DNA from: Chiloscyllium plagiosum
Taxonomy: Eukaryota
Reading direction: 5' to 3'
Length of the DNA stretch: 64,000 bases
Assembly: GCF_004010195.1 (NCBI RefSeq)
Contig: NC_057751.1
Coordinates: 1,159,968 to 1,223,967, forward strand
The position numbers and the translations under genes are program-made. This document shows positions 51,001-62,344 of this stretch, piece by piece. Within the stretch, counting starts at the first letter, position 1. Each line of letters opens with the position of its first letter. Below the pieces are notes generated by a model. It was not told the origin of the DNA, did not search any database, and was given only the letters and a program-made list of their open reading frames with translations.

Positions 51001-53410
51001 CACACAACACCAGGTTATAGTCCAACAGGTTTAATTGGAAGCACTAGCTTTCGGAGCGACGCTCCTTCATCAGGTGATTAACTTGGTGCATCCCAGTCCA
51101 GCACTGGCATCTCCAAATCATTGTACTGGTAGAGGGAAATGTCCCAAGAGGCTTAGCAACAGTAGCTGCCAGACAATCATGTGTGGAGATCCTGGGATAG
51201 GTGAACAAATGGACGATCAAACAGGGGTGTTTGAAGGAACATTGTAAAACAGCAGCAAACTGCAGTGAGTCAGGGCCAGAACAGCTGAAGGCCTGGTCAT
51301 CATTGCTGAAAGATAAAGGTATTGCATTTGGAGGGGAGCACTCAACTCAGGTGGTTAGGAGTTAAAAAGGAAGTGGAGAGAAGGGGGGAAGGTCAGGGTC
51401 ATGGGCTGTTGGAAAACTAACATGGGAATTTCCTGAATTGAAATGCTTTCAGACTGAGCAGCCGGGGAGGTCCCTAAGTACAGCATTGATAGTCGAGTGG
51501 GATTTGGTATGAATTCACCGAACTGCTAAGTCAAGTTTAAGGGGCTTAAACTTTCAGTTCCTCTCCTGCAGTTTGTCTCCCTTCCAGCCTTCTTGTATCT
51601 TTGAGAATGCTCATTGTTCAGAGCCTTCCTGTCTTTTGATGCATTCCTGTGCTCAATTTGGTGGGGCTTGGTCAGACATCAGTCCTAGTTTTGCAATCCA
51701 GACTGATTCTGCTCGATGGGCTGTTGCTGCCTGTTCCCGGGTGATCCTACATTGTGGAGAGGGTAGGCAATTTGCTCATCTGCCTCTGGAAAGAGCACGG
51801 AGGCTACCATGGTGAGCACTGCATTCAACTCTTGACCCAAGTTCATTTCTTTGCCAATTCAGGTGTTGGTAACTCGTCGTAAGGAGCTGTGCGATCAATT
51901 AAACTTGCCTCTGGAAACAGTGGAGCTAAGCATGGGCATGTCAACAGACTACGAACATGCTGTAAGTCTCTCTAATTGTTCTGGATTTCCTCTCCAGTGG
52001 GTTTCTAATCTCTCATTTCCTTGCACAAATAAATATTTTTGGTTTTGACTCTAATGTGTTCCAGACTCTCTGTGTCGGGACAACTGATAATCTGGTGAGC
52101 AGGCAACACACTCGCCTTAGTTCCTGCAGTGTCCCACAGTGACACAGCCCAGAATGTGGCAAAGGTCTCAGTTTCCTCATTGCCACTCAGTTACCTGAAT
52201 GTGCTGCCTGTCCATGTGTCATTCACCATGAACTCAGGCCAGGGGCAAAGCTCAGCGACCAGCAGTGGCAGCTCAGCTAGGTGTGGGAGTGGCCTTTCCG
52301 CTCCCAACAGTCACACACTGGACTGGGATTCCTTCCTCTTCTGTCCCCTCCCCCGACTCCTGACCTCCTTCTATTAAAAGAACAAGCCAGCTTGCATTTT
52401 TTATACTTCCTTTGACGTCTCAAAGTGCTTTACAGCCAATTAAATACTTCTAAAGTGTAGTCATTGTGGTGTTGTAAGGAAAATTGGCAGTTAAGAAATG
52501 CACAGGAAGATCCCACAAACATTAACTTAGGTGCTGGTGTTTTGACCCTGAGTTAAAGACCAACCAGCTGACAGTGTTGATCTGTCATTTGGACACGTGT
52601 GGACCATGCTGAAATACGATAGGGTTGTGAAACTCTGCTGGAGCTATCTCCATTGTGTTCTCCTCCCTACAGTCTTCATGTTGGTGTACCGCCCTGCGAT
52701 ACCTGCATATGGAGTTGACTTTGCTCGCACCTTTGTCCTTTCAGTACGTTGTTGGCCTTTGTTCCCAGCTGCTGAAAGAACTCTACTTCAGTTTGGCTGG
52801 AGCAACCAACTTAGTAGAGGGGAGATGGTGAGAATTGTTTTATGCTGTGAATTGTCATTAGCTGCGTGAGAGGCCTTTGGGAGCAGTTGCAATAGGAACA
52901 ACTCAGTGAGGAGACAATTGCAGTGCGATGGGGAAGGATGTTGTTGTGGGACTAACTGAATGGACCTGTCAGTCATAATGGTCAGAACAGTCTGCTCCTG
53001 TGTTTCAGCTAACTCTGATTCCCTGAGCTGACGTGGACCTTTTCTTTCAAAGATAAACTTTCCTGCAGTTGATAAAGTTTTTGTTAAGAGCAACTCCACT
53101 GAAGTGGAGCAGGCAGGGCTGGCACAAGCCTGGCTCACGTGTCAGGTGTAGACAGGCAGTTGTTTGGTGCAGGATAGGAGAATGTGTGTCTGTGTGGGAG
53201 AAGGGGAGGTGGGTATCGACCGAGGAGCACAGGACATTGTCCAATGTTTTTCTTTACTGGCAGATCGAAGTGGGGGCGACCAATGTGAGGGTTGGCAGCA
53301 CCATCTTTGGAGAACGGACATACCCCAACAAGACGGGCACCGACGAGGCCTCAAAGGAGGCAGGAGAGCCAGCGGAAATAGCGGGCAGAGTGACTGCCAA
53401 GGCACCTTGA
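32989..53410 (+). CDS. PLPBP: PLPBP/PROSC (pyridoxal phosphate homeostasis protein, YggS family), spliced CDS join(32989-33063,33552-33659,36166-36201,39645-39720,43025-43159,47411-47553,51863-51961,53264-53410); 819 nt, 272 aa
   Basis: Family motifs [56 protein letters not shown]; all GT-AG with consistent phases; lies downstream of ERLIN2 as in human. Confidence 0.96.
33313..33516 (+). repeat. Degenerate hexamer repeat (CCCTGA/CCCCGA/CTCTGA)n in PLPBP intron 1
   Basis: Read directly; minus strand is TCAGGG/TCGGGG-rich. Confidence 0.9.
33552..33659 (+). CDS. PLPBP: PLPBP exon 2: [36 protein letters not shown] (contains the PLP Schiff-base Lys)
   Basis: ccctag acceptor, gtgagt donor, 108 nt. 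Confidence 0.95.
33960..35520 (-). mobile_element. Decayed endonuclease-bearing LINE of the CR1/L2 group (distinct family), interrupted by a SINE tail at about 34090-34268
   Basis: [54 protein letters not shown]. Confidence 0.8.
36166..36201 (+). CDS. PLPBP: PLPBP exon 3: [12 protein letters not shown]
   Basis: cacag acceptor, gtacgg donor, 36 nt. Confidence 0.92.
36851..37176 (-). mobile_element. HE1-like V-SINE, near full length, with (TTAGA)n tail
   Basis: tRNA-like head ggcacagtggttagcactgct, V-core gtgtagagtttgcacattatccccgtgtctgcgtgggtttcctcc, CR1-like tail. Confidence 0.85.
37705..38227 (+). mobile_element. Penelope-like element 3' fragment (end of GIY-YIG domain plus tail with mutated hammerhead)
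   Basis: Matches the 44265-45040 copy ([18 protein letters not shown]); tail ctgatgaagggcttatgcccaaaacatc at 38099. Confidence 0.8.
39645..39720 (+). CDS. PLPBP: PLPBP exon 4: [25 protein letters not shown]
   Basis: ttgcag acceptor, gtaatg donor, 76 nt. Confidence 0.95.
40020..42750 (+). mobile_element. CR1-type LINE, about 2.7 kb, decayed: end of ORF1 (esterase-like DGLHL motif), ORF2 endonuclease and RT, 3' tail
   Basis: [80 protein letters not shown]; many frameshifts. Confidence 0.92.
43025..43159 (+). CDS. PLPBP: PLPBP exon 5: [45 protein letters not shown]
   Basis: tgacag acceptor, gtaagt donor, 135 nt. Confidence 0.95.
43563..43703 (+). mobile_element. Decayed PLE-tail element, family B, partly fold-back
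   Basis: gtgaagaagggtcaatcaatctgaaatgttaactc followed by the shared tail. Confidence 0.6.
44265..45040 (-). mobile_element. Penelope-like element 3' fragment with frameshifted GIY-YIG domain and decayed hammerhead tail
   Basis: ORF 44505-44849: [21 protein letters not shown]...[17 protein letters not shown]; same family as 31340. Confidence 0.88.
45354..45680 (+). mobile_element. HE1-like V-SINE
   Basis: Same head, core and tail as the 59550 copy. Confidence 0.82.
47411..47553 (+). CDS. PLPBP: PLPBP exon 6: [48 protein letters not shown]
   Basis: ttcccag acceptor, gtaaaa donor, 143 nt. Confidence 0.95.
49565..50610 (-). mobile_element. CR1 LINE fragment
   Basis: [32 protein letters not shown]. 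Confidence 0.85.
51042..51076 (-). ncRNA. Minimal type I hammerhead ribozyme motif, family D, intact core
   Basis: Reverse strand reads cac-CTGATGA-A-GGAGC-gtc-GCTCC-GAAAG-CTA-gtg; lies in short element about 50989-51122. Confidence 0.75.
51863..51961 (+). CDS. PLPBP: PLPBP exon 7: [33 protein letters not shown]
   Basis: attcag acceptor, gtaagt donor, 99 nt. Confidence 0.95.
53264..53410 (+). CDS. PLPBP: PLPBP exon 8: [23 protein letters not shown]...TAKAP*
   Basis: tggcag acceptor, TGA at 53408-53410. Confidence 0.95.
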   Translation: MEVGATNVRVGSTIFGERTYPNKTGTDEASKEAGEPAEIAGRVTAKAP

Positions 53411-53670
53411 TGGACAGGCCAGGTGGAAGGGAGAGGACCTGCTCCCTTTCCACCCTTCACAGGAGTCTCTCTGAGAAGGTGCTCTTTCAGTTGAGCCTCA
53501 AACAGCAGTTCCTAGAGTTTTTAACTGATAGGTTTCCAATGAAATTGTTATTGATATTTGATGAATCATGTCGGGTGTAAGTGCTGAAGGTCTTGGCCAT
53601 CCCACCCTTTTGTAAAGTAATACACTGATAATGACACTGGAACAACAACCAGAGGCTTGCACTATTAATT

Positions 53671-53876
53671 ATTAAATCACAAACTGATTGAGGACAGATG
53701 GAAGCCATTCAGCCCATTCATCTGGTGATGGTTCTCAAAGCACTGCCTAATGAATTCTAGTTTCCTGCTCTTTCTCATCACCCTGTGAACTATTCCTTTT
53801 CACAAATTTCACAAGCTCCTGTTCACAAGTCACCATTGAATCTGCTCCTACTGCCTTTTCTGATGTCTGAAATAAA
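53671..53876 (+). terminator. Candidate PLPBP polyadenylation signals (ATTAAA 53671, AATAAA 53871)
   Basis: Canonical hexamers downstream of the stop; which is used cannot be determined. Confidence 0.4.
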
Positions 53877-54801
53877 GACAAAAAGACCAGCTCCGGGCAC
53901 CTCTGCTTCTTCAGCCAATCACTTGCAATCACTGTTGTCTGATAAAGTCTTCCTATTTATTCCGTTTGGCAATATGAGTTCAGTTTGCTTTAAAATGTAC
54001 AAGTCAATATTCCTGCAAATAAGAAGGTGATCTCAGTGAGGAGGGAGATGAAGCTGTCAGATGGTCTGATAAACTGAATTGGTTCCCTGTGTTCTGTAGG
54101 TGAGAGAGACCTGCCTTTGAAATGATGCCTACACATGAGTCCAGTCCCACACCTTGAAATGGCCAAGCCAGCTGCTCCATTCTCTCAAGGGGAACTTCGA
54201 GATGGAGAGTAAATGCAGACCTTATCGGCAAAAGTCACAGCCGAAAATAGTTCTGAAGCGTTAGTCCTTTTGCATGTGAAAGCAGTCACTCTGTCAGAAC
54301 AGTGAAACTGAAGAGTGTGATTTGGAGCAAACTCTCAACTTTGACCATCCATGGTCAGCAGGTGCCATAATCTCCAGGTTCCCATCTCATCCTCTACCAC
54401 CACTCCTTCACTGTGGGGGAAGTAACCTTCAGGTCCCTGCACCACCTGATTACACTGGGTCAAGAAGGTGGTGTAGGTGAAGACGCAACTGGGCATGGCC
54501 TTGTCTTGTACACCCAGTGCCAATCTATGTTAGCTACCAGTCTGGCCATGTCTCCATTTTACAATTGTCTTTCTTAACTGAAAAGACTTTCACTGCCTCA
54601 CTCCTCTGTACATTCTTGCAAAAACCTTATGTTCCTCTAATTTTAGCCTGTTACATCTTCCCATCCCACTCTCTTTGCCCCAGTATTGGCAGCGGTACCT
54701 CAGGCATGAACCTCTGAAATGCATTTCCTCAATCTCAACCCATCTCTCTCTCTTTTTACCCCCCCCCCGTCTCTCTCTTCCTCCCCCGTCTCTCTCTTCC
54801 T

Positions 54802-55551
54802 NNNNNNNNNNNNNNNNNNNNNNNNNNNNNNNNNNNNNNNNNNNNNNNNNNNNNNNNNNNNNNNNNNNNNNNNNNNNNNNNNNNNNNNNNNNNNNNNNNN
54901 NNNNNNNNNNNNNNNNNNNNNNNNNNNNNNNNNNNNNNNNNNNNNNNNNNNNNNNNNNNNNNNNNNNNNNNNNNNNNNNNNNNNNNNNNNNNNNNNNNNN
55001 NNNNNNNNNNNNNNNNNNNNNNNNNNNNNNNNNNNNNNNNNNNNNNNNNNNNNNNNNNNNNNNNNNNNNNNNNNNNNNNNNNNNNNNNNNNNNNNNNNNN
55101 NNNNNNNNNNNNNNNNNNNNNNNNNNNNNNNNNNNNNNNNNNNNNNNNNNNNNNNNNNNNNNNNNNNNNNNNNNNNNNNNNNNNNNNNNNNNNNNNNNNN
55201 NNNNNNNNNNNNNNNNNNNNNNNNNNNNNNNNNNNNNNNNNNNNNNNNNNNNNNNNNNNNNNNNNNNNNNNNNNNNNNNNNNNNNNNNNNNNNNNNNNNN
55301 NNNNNNNNNNNNNNNNNNNNNNNNNNNNNNNNNNNNNNNNNNNNNNNNNNNNNNNNNNNNNNNNNNNNNNNNNNNNNNNNNNNNNNNNNNNNNNNNNNNN
55401 NNNNNNNNNNNNNNNNNNNNNNNNNNNNNNNNNNNNNNNNNNNNNNNNNNNNNNNNNNNNNNNNNNNNNNNNNNNNNNNNNNNNNNNNNNNNNNNNNNNN
55501 NNNNNNNNNNNNNNNNNNNNNNNNNNNNNNNNNNNNNNNNNNNNNNNNNNN
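54802..55551. other. Assembly gap (750 N)
   Basis: N run flanked by CT-rich sequence. Confidence 1.
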
Positions 55552-56424
55552 TCTCTCTCTCTTCCTCACTCCGTCGCTCTCCCCCTGTTCTCAGAGACAC
55601 TCCTTAAAACCTTTGACCAAACTTTGGCTGATCTGCCCTGGTAATACTGTTCATGGCTTGTTATTTTGTCTGATGTCCCTGTGAAGCACCTTGGAATCTT
55701 GTACTGTATTAAGGGCATGATGTAAATGGAAGTTGAATAAATGAACTGTTGATGATTGATGTCTTGCTGTGTCAATGAGTCACTGCTGGAATCAGGAGGA
55801 TTTTGGCTGTGAGCCACACATAGACTGCAAAGAAGGCATTGAGATGGCTCCCTGTAATTGGTTGAGGATGGGTTTTTTGACACTCTCCAGCCCCATTTTA
55901 ATTGTGATTCTCTGAACTATCGTAATGTACTTGGGAGAGTGAAGCAATGAAACTGGCTTTGTATGGTGTTGCAGCTTTCTGAAGGGATTCAATCACCAGT
56001 GTATCGACTAATCCTAATTCTCTGTGACTTCAATGTGGTTTGAAAGGATTCAGCATAAAGTATATATTGAAGTGGAGCAAGAGTCTCAGGTTTTGATTAA
56101 ATATTGAAATGTGGTTGGCACCTGTAGAAGCTCAAGCTTTATTCCTCTGTGTTTACAACTTGCTAAGAAACTCAACAGTAATTTACAGTCAACACAGAGC
56201 TCACTGATTCCACATACAGGACAACCAGATAAACTCATGAACGAGGGCACCTGTCTGGAATATGAACATCACTGAGGATTTATCAAGCTGAATGCCCTAC
56301 CTGTCTACTGGACCTTTGTTGTGTATCTGAAAGAATTTTACCAACACATACCACATTCTCTCAATGTTCATTCCAACCACACAACCCAACCCATTTGTTT
56401 TAATATCAGTCAGATTCAGTATTG

Positions 56425-56930
56425 TTACAGCACAGAAGGAAGCCATTCAGTCCAGCATGTCTGTGCAAGTCATAAATATCTGTCGAACCAAAGCTCGTTT
56501 TCCAGCTTTTGGCCGATAGCTGTGGAGGCTATAACAGCGCAAATGATTATCTGAACATTGCTCGGCTGTTACAAGGGTTTTTGACTTGAGCACCCATTCT
56601 GGCAGAGAGTTTCAGACTCTTGTCACCCTCTGAATATCAGTTTACCTCTTAAATCTCTGCCCCCTGTTTATTGACCCGTTATGAATGGAGACGTACCTTC
56701 CTATCCACTCCTTGTATGTCCCTCATAATCTTCTGCCTAATCTAATCAAGCCTCCTCTTGTCTTCGACACTCCATGGAAAACAACCTCAGCCAATCCAAA
56801 TTACCTTCAAGATCAGACTCTCCTGTAGAGACAACATCCTGGTAAATCTGCTTGATAGCCCCTCCAGTGCAACAGCCCCGATAGTACGGTGCACACAGTA
56901 CTCCAATTGTGCCCCAGAAAGTGTTTTGCC
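56425..56930 (-). mobile_element. Decayed CR1 3' fragment
   Basis: Tail motif acagcacagaaggaagccattcag and RT C-terminal remnant. Confidence 0.65.
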
Positions 56931-57119
56931 TGTTCAGTGAAACCTAATGTCTGTTACGTCGGCCCTTGTTGAACACCGGATGAAACTTGCTGTAAGGCAC
57001 TGCAGGGTAGAGGGAAGAAAACAATTTCTAATCAATTTGCACATACAATGCAACATTGACCTTGGAAATATCCTGTTCCAAGTGAACTGAAGTATTGGCT
57101 GGGGAAGTTTAGTTTTGTT

Positions 57120-57435
57120 TTTATTCATTGAGGATGCGGGCATCACTGGCTGGTCAGCATTTATTGCCAATACCTAATTGCCGAGAGTCAACCACGTTGT
57201 GGGTCTGGAGTCACATGTAGGCCAGACCAGGAAAGGATGGCGGTTTCCGTCCCTGAAGGGCATTGGCAATCCAGGTGGGTTTCTCCAACATCACCAATGG
57301 ATTCATGATCAACATTTAGACACTTAGTTCCAGATGGCTCATTGAATTCAAATCCCACGGTCTACCTTAGTGGGATTCAAACCCAGGTCCCCCGATCATT
57401 AGCTGGGTCCAAAGATAATAACATTAGGCCATTGA
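57120..57435 (-). mobile_element. Second tRNA-headed SINE family (other copies about 8140-8495, 16715-17000, 35560-35850)
   Basis: Shared ggtctggagtcacatgtaggccagaccagg core and gggatt(c/t)(a/g)aacccaggtcccc B-box-like head in four copies. Confidence 0.7.
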
Positions 57436-57469
57436 CTTAATTCTCTATCTCACCTCATGCTTTACCAGA

Positions 57470-57960
57470 TCTGGGAGTAGTTGGTGGGGACATGGCAAGC
57501 AAACTTTCCTTTTGGTTTACTTGAGTTCAAAGGATTGGGGGAGCTTTGATCTGTATCTGACCCTGTACTGTCCCAGTTTGTGGGGTGGGGGTGGTTTGCA
57601 GTACATTTATTTTGAGTTGAGTTGAGGTAGCTTTGCTCTGTAGCTGGGCCCGTGGAGTCCCTGCCCTGGGATTGTTGGGTCAGGACAGTTCTGAGAGTGC
57701 TTTGCTTTCAGTTTAGAAAAGGGAGCTTTTCTCTGAATGGAGCCCTGTGCTCCAGAACAAATCAAAGAGTAGAGGGAGCTTTAATCTGTGTCTAACTCTG
57801 TGCTGTCCTAATCCTGGTTGTATTTATTAGGGACAGTGCAGAGGGAAGTTTTACTTTCAGTCGAAAAGAGTAGAGGGAACTTTACAGTGGACCTAATGCC
57901 ATACTATCCTGTGAGTGTATGATGGGAATAATGCAGGAAGAGCTTTACTTTCAGTTTGAA
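57470..57960 (+). repeat. Degenerate minisatellite, core gtagagggagcttta.tctgt.tctaacc.tgtgctgt.cct; one more unit near 58215-58265
   Basis: gagcttt-type cores recur near 57541, 57628, 57723, 57776, 57876 and 57940. Confidence 0.7.
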
Positions 57961-58977
57961 AGAGTAAGTTCAGAAGATACAGGAACAGAATGAGGCTGTT
58001 TGGCCTTTCGAGTGTGCTCAGCCATTCGATCAAAGCTGATATGCTCCTCACCCCCATTTTCCTGCCTTCTCTCTATAACTGTTCAATCAATTACCAATTA
58101 TAAATCTGTCGAGCTCCTCCTTAAATTCACTCACCATCCCAGCTCCCACTCCACTTTGGGGAAGTGAATTCCACAGGTTCTCAATTCTTTGGGAGAAGTT
58201 TTCCTTCACAAGTCGAGGGGGACTTGTCTCTGAATTGAACCCTGTGTTGTACCTGTCCTGTTGTTACCCAGCTTGGGTGTGAAAGTTGTGTACCACTTTC
58301 TGCTGATGCTATCCTGCTGTGTTTGTTGACACCTGGTTTTGCTCACGGGGCAGTGTGTCATGTCTACTCTTTTTGAATTGATGCTGAGACAGCACTTGAG
58401 ATCGTTTTCATGTGGGCAGAGAGAGTGGGACAGGGGGCTGGGGAACAAATGTAACACCAGTATAAACTATCCTCAGGAATTAGGGAGGAAACTGGATGAA
58501 GAGCTTCTATTGTGTTTGACTTGCTGTAAACCCATTTAATAGGAGTGAAGTCCTCATCAAACAATGAGTGAGGGACACGACGGATGTCAGTATCCACCTA
58601 AGTTGAATTTCTGCAGTGCTTGGTACATTCTCTACGATGTCCCACAACACTTTTGCATCCAATCAAATCTTTTGTAAATGTGCACACTGCTGTAGCTGGG
58701 TAACACAGCAGCCAGTTTCTACACAGAAGGATGCAAATACATTGTGACCAGGGAATCTGTTGTCTGTCTGTAGGTTGAGTCGAAGATGGGACCCAGAGTA
58801 CTCTGTAAACCGGCCCTCTGTTCCAGAGCTGGTCTTTCTGGATATTGTATATCCATTTGAAAGGGAGCAAACCAGGCGTGTCCATTAAATATCTGAATTA
58901 AAAGGGAGTGTCTCTGACAGTGCAGCCCTTCCTCAGTACCCTGTAATGGAAAGGCCAGGTTTGACTTGGGCTGAATT

Positions 58978-59048
58978 CTGGATTAGTGGTGCTGGAAGAG
59001 CACAGCAGTTCAGGCAGCATCCAAGGAGCTTCGAAATCGACGTTTCGG
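58978..59048 (-). mobile_element. PLE tail fragment, family A, truncated at stem II
   Basis: Reverse strand ccgaaacgtcgatttcgaagctccttggatgctgcctgaactgctgtgctcttccagcacc. Confidence 0.7.
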
Positions 59049-59549
59049 TTTCCTCTGGTTTGGGATTTAGAGCTGTGACCTTGTGCCCGAGCTGACAGTG
59101 CTGAGCTCAGAGGGAGCTGCTGCTGCTCCACTTCTGCAATGCACAATCCACCTGACTGGAACTGCAAGTTGTGTACTCCACTCCCATGTGACACTGGGAT
59201 CTGCTGCCCAGCTCTACAAGTAATCCGTCCATGATAGGTCCCTGATGAACAGGTGAAGCCCTGTTGTTGACCTATGATGTGGTCCAAGCTCTCAATAGGA
59301 GAAAGTCACAGACTCTTCAAGTGAGTGAGCAATAGAGAAAGGTCCCAGCATCATCCTCAGCACTGTCTGCGAGATGGGCTCCCCTTCAGTAACAGAGGAG
59401 GAGGGAGATGTCTGAAGAGGTGGAACTCAGACCATCAGATGATAAGAACTAGGAACAGGAGACCATTATGCCCTTCAAACCTGCCCCACTATTCAATAGG
59501 ATCATGGCTGACACAGCATTCCTCGGATCCAATTTCCAGAAGATCATAA

Positions 59550-59838
59550 GGGTGGCACAGTGGTTAGCACTGCTGCCTCACAGCACCAGAGACCCGGGTT
59601 CAATTCCTGTCTCTGGCAACTGTCTGTGTGGAGTTTGCACATTCTCCCCGTGTCTGCGTGAGTTTCCTCCCACAGTCCAAAGATGTGCAGGTTAGGTGAA
59701 TTGGCCATGCTAAATTGCTTGTAGTGTTAGGTGAAGGGGTAAATATAGGGGTATGGGTCTGGGTGGGTTGCTCTTCGGAGGGTCGGTGTGGACTTGTTGG
59801 GCCGAAGGGCTTGTTTCAACACTGCAAGTAATCTAATA
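59550..59838 (+). mobile_element. HE1-like V-SINE
   Basis: A box tggcacagtgg, B box ggttcaattcc, V-core, LINE-derived tail. Confidence 0.85.
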
Positions 59839-59979
59839 TAACCATAAGACATAGAAGCAGAAACCAGGTCATTAACCCATCCAGTCTGCTCCGCTATTCA
59901 ATCATGGCTGATTAGTTTCTCAACCACATCTCCTGCTTTCTCCCCATTACCCTTGATGGTTTTGACAATCAAGAAGCTA

Positions 59980-60199
59980 GGAGAAAGTGAGGACTGCAGA
60001 TGCTGGAGATCAGAGCTGAAAACTGTGTTGCTGGAAAAGCGCAGCAGGTCAGGCAGCATCCAAGGAGCAGGGGAATCGACGTTCCGGGCATGAGCCTTTC
60101 TTCAGGAATCCTGAAGAAGGGCTTATGCCCAAAACGTCGATTCTCCTGCTCCTTGGATGCTGCCTGACCTGCTGCGCTTTTCCAGCAACACATTTTTCA
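59980..60199. mobile_element. Non-coding fold-back PLE-tail element: 91-bp inverted arms, two back-to-back hammerhead motifs, target-site duplication acaatcaagaa
   Basis: Arms 60017-60107 and 60109-60199 differ at 6 positions; direct repeat at 59965-59975 and 60200-60210; inserted into a CR1 3' end. Confidence 0.88.
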
Positions 60200-60571
60200 A
60201 CAATCAAGAACCTATCTATCTCAGTCATAAATTCATTTAATGACCTGACCTCCACAGCCTTCTGTGGCAGTGAATTCCATAGATTCACCACTCTTTGGCT
60301 GAAGAGTTCTCTCCTTATCTCTGTTCCAAAAGGTCTTCCTTTATACTCTCAGGCTGTGCTCTTGGGTCCTAATCTCTCCAACCAATGGAAAAGACCTTCT
60401 CAATGTCCCCTCTGTCCTGGCCATTATGTACTCTGTAAGTTTCAATTACATCCCCCTCCCTCATCCTTCTATCAAGTATAGACTTAGAGTCCTCAAATGT
60501 TCCTTAAACGGTAAGCTTTTCATTCCCTCCCACCCTCCAAATTATCTCTCAGCCCCCTTCCTCTCCTCCAC

Positions 60572-60606
60572 ATTCCTGATGAAGGGCTTATGCCTGAAAT
60601 GTTGAC
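60572..60606 (+). ncRNA. Minimal hammerhead motif, family A; core intact, G-U pairs from CpG decay
   Basis: attc-CTGATGA-A-GGGC-ttat-GCCT-GAAAT-GTT-gac. Confidence 0.55.
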
Positions 60607-62344
60607 ACTCCTACTTCTTGGATGCTCCCTGATTTGCTGTGGTTTTCAGCAGCACACATTTCTCTCCTGTTTTTATATCCAAGTCCTCTCAAAAGAAATG
60701 CCAACATTGCATTTGCCTTCCTAACTACTGACTCAACTTGCAAGTTTATCTTGAGAGAATCCTGGACTTAAACTTCCAAATCTCTTTGCACCTCAGACTT
60801 CTGAATTATTTCCCCATTTAGAAAATAGTCCATGCCTCTGTCCTTCTGACCAAAGTGTATGACCTCACACTTACCCACGTTGTACTCCATCTGCCACTTC
60901 TTTGCCCACTCTCCTAACCAGTCCACATCCTTCTGCAGCCTCCTCAATGCTAGCTGTCCCTCTACCTATCTTTGTATCATCTGCAAACTGAGTCCTCAGT
61001 TCTTTTATCTAGATCATTAATGTATAAAGTGAAAGGTTGTGGTCCCAACACTCAGCCTTGCGGAACACCACTTGGCACCGACTGCCATCCTGAGAAGGAC
61101 CCTTTTATCCCCACTCTCTGCTTTCTGCCAGACAGCCAAGCTTCTATCCATGCTAGCACCTTGCCTCTGACACCGTGGGCTCTTGTCTTACTCAGTAGCC
61201 TATTGTGTGGGACCTTGTCAAAGGCCTTCTGGAAGTTCAATAGATAACATCCATTGGCTCTCCTTGGTCTAACCTGCTTGTTAGTTTCTCAAAGAATTCT
61301 AGCAATTTGTCAGGCATGACCTCCCCTTGATGAAACCATGCTGACTTGGCCCTATTTTACCATACACTTCCAAGTGTTCAGAAATCTCATCCTTCACAAT
61401 GGACTCCAAAATCTTACCCATGACCGAGGTTCGGCTAATCGGTCTATAATTTTCCATCTTTTGCCTTACTCCCTTTTTAAACAGGGGTGTCACATTAGCG
61501 ATTTTCCAGTCCTCTGAGGCCTTCCCTGACTCTAGCGATCCCTCAAAGATCACCAGTAACACCTCCACTATCTTTTCATCTATCTCCTTTAGAACACTGC
61601 GTTGTAGTCCATCTGGTCCAGGGTATTTATCCACCTTGAGGCCATTCAGTTTTTCTAGTACCTTCTCCTTGGTGATGGCCACCATCCTCAGCTTTGCCCC
61701 GTCACGCTCTTGAATATGTGGGATATTACTCGTGTCTTCTACCATGAAGACTGACACATAGTAATTATTCAGTTCCTCAGCCATTTCCTTGTTCCCCACT
61801 ACTGTCTCTCCAGCGTCATTTCCTGCAGCCCGATGTCCACTTTTGCCTGTCTTTTGCCCTTTATATGTCTGAAGATCTTCCTTTATATTCCTGGCTCGGT
61901 CACCCTCACATTTAATCTTCTCCCTTTTTTTTAATTGCCCTTGGTTGGTCTTTGTAAGCTTCCCAATCCTCTGGTTTCCCACTTGGCCACATTTGTACAC
62001 TTTCTCTTTGTTTTTTGTGCTCTCCCTGACTTCCCCAGTCAGCTATGGTTGCTTCTTCGTCCCTGGACCATGCTTCTTTTACCTCGGGATGAATCTCTGC
62101 TGTGTTTCCTGAATTACTCCCAGAAACTCCTGCCACTGCTGTTCCACTGTCTTTGCTGCTGGGCTCCTCTCCCAGTCAATTCTACCCAGCTCCTCCCTCA
62201 TGCCTCTGTAGTTGCTGATATTCAGCTGTAATACCGTTACCTCTGATTCTATCTTCTCCCTCTCAAATTGCAGAGTAAATTCAATGATATTATGATCATT
62301 GCCTCCTAGGGGCTCTTTTACCTTAAATTCCCTTATCAAAGCAT

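Larger units (their letters stand above)
59840..62340 (-). mobile_element. CR1-type LINE, decayed ORF2, carrying two PLE-tail insertions
   Basis: ORFs 61299-62000 (PGPDG, WKIANVTPLFKKG, NYRPIS, QHGFIKGRSCLTN), 61052-61240 (FQKAFDKVPH, SGVPQG), 62079-62339. Confidence 0.92.

Noticed and set aside
53408..53500. Stop-codon readthrough or selenocysteine at the PLPBP TGA
   Set aside because: Context TGA-TGG is not the TGA-CTA readthrough motif, I could not identify a SECIS element, and the protein is already full length.
54590..55684. Long ORFs of 289-336 aa
   Set aside because: Artefacts of the 750-N gap and CT repeats.
59550..59612. tRNA gene (A and B boxes)
   Set aside because: It is the tRNA-derived head of a multi-copy SINE and continues into SINE core sequence.
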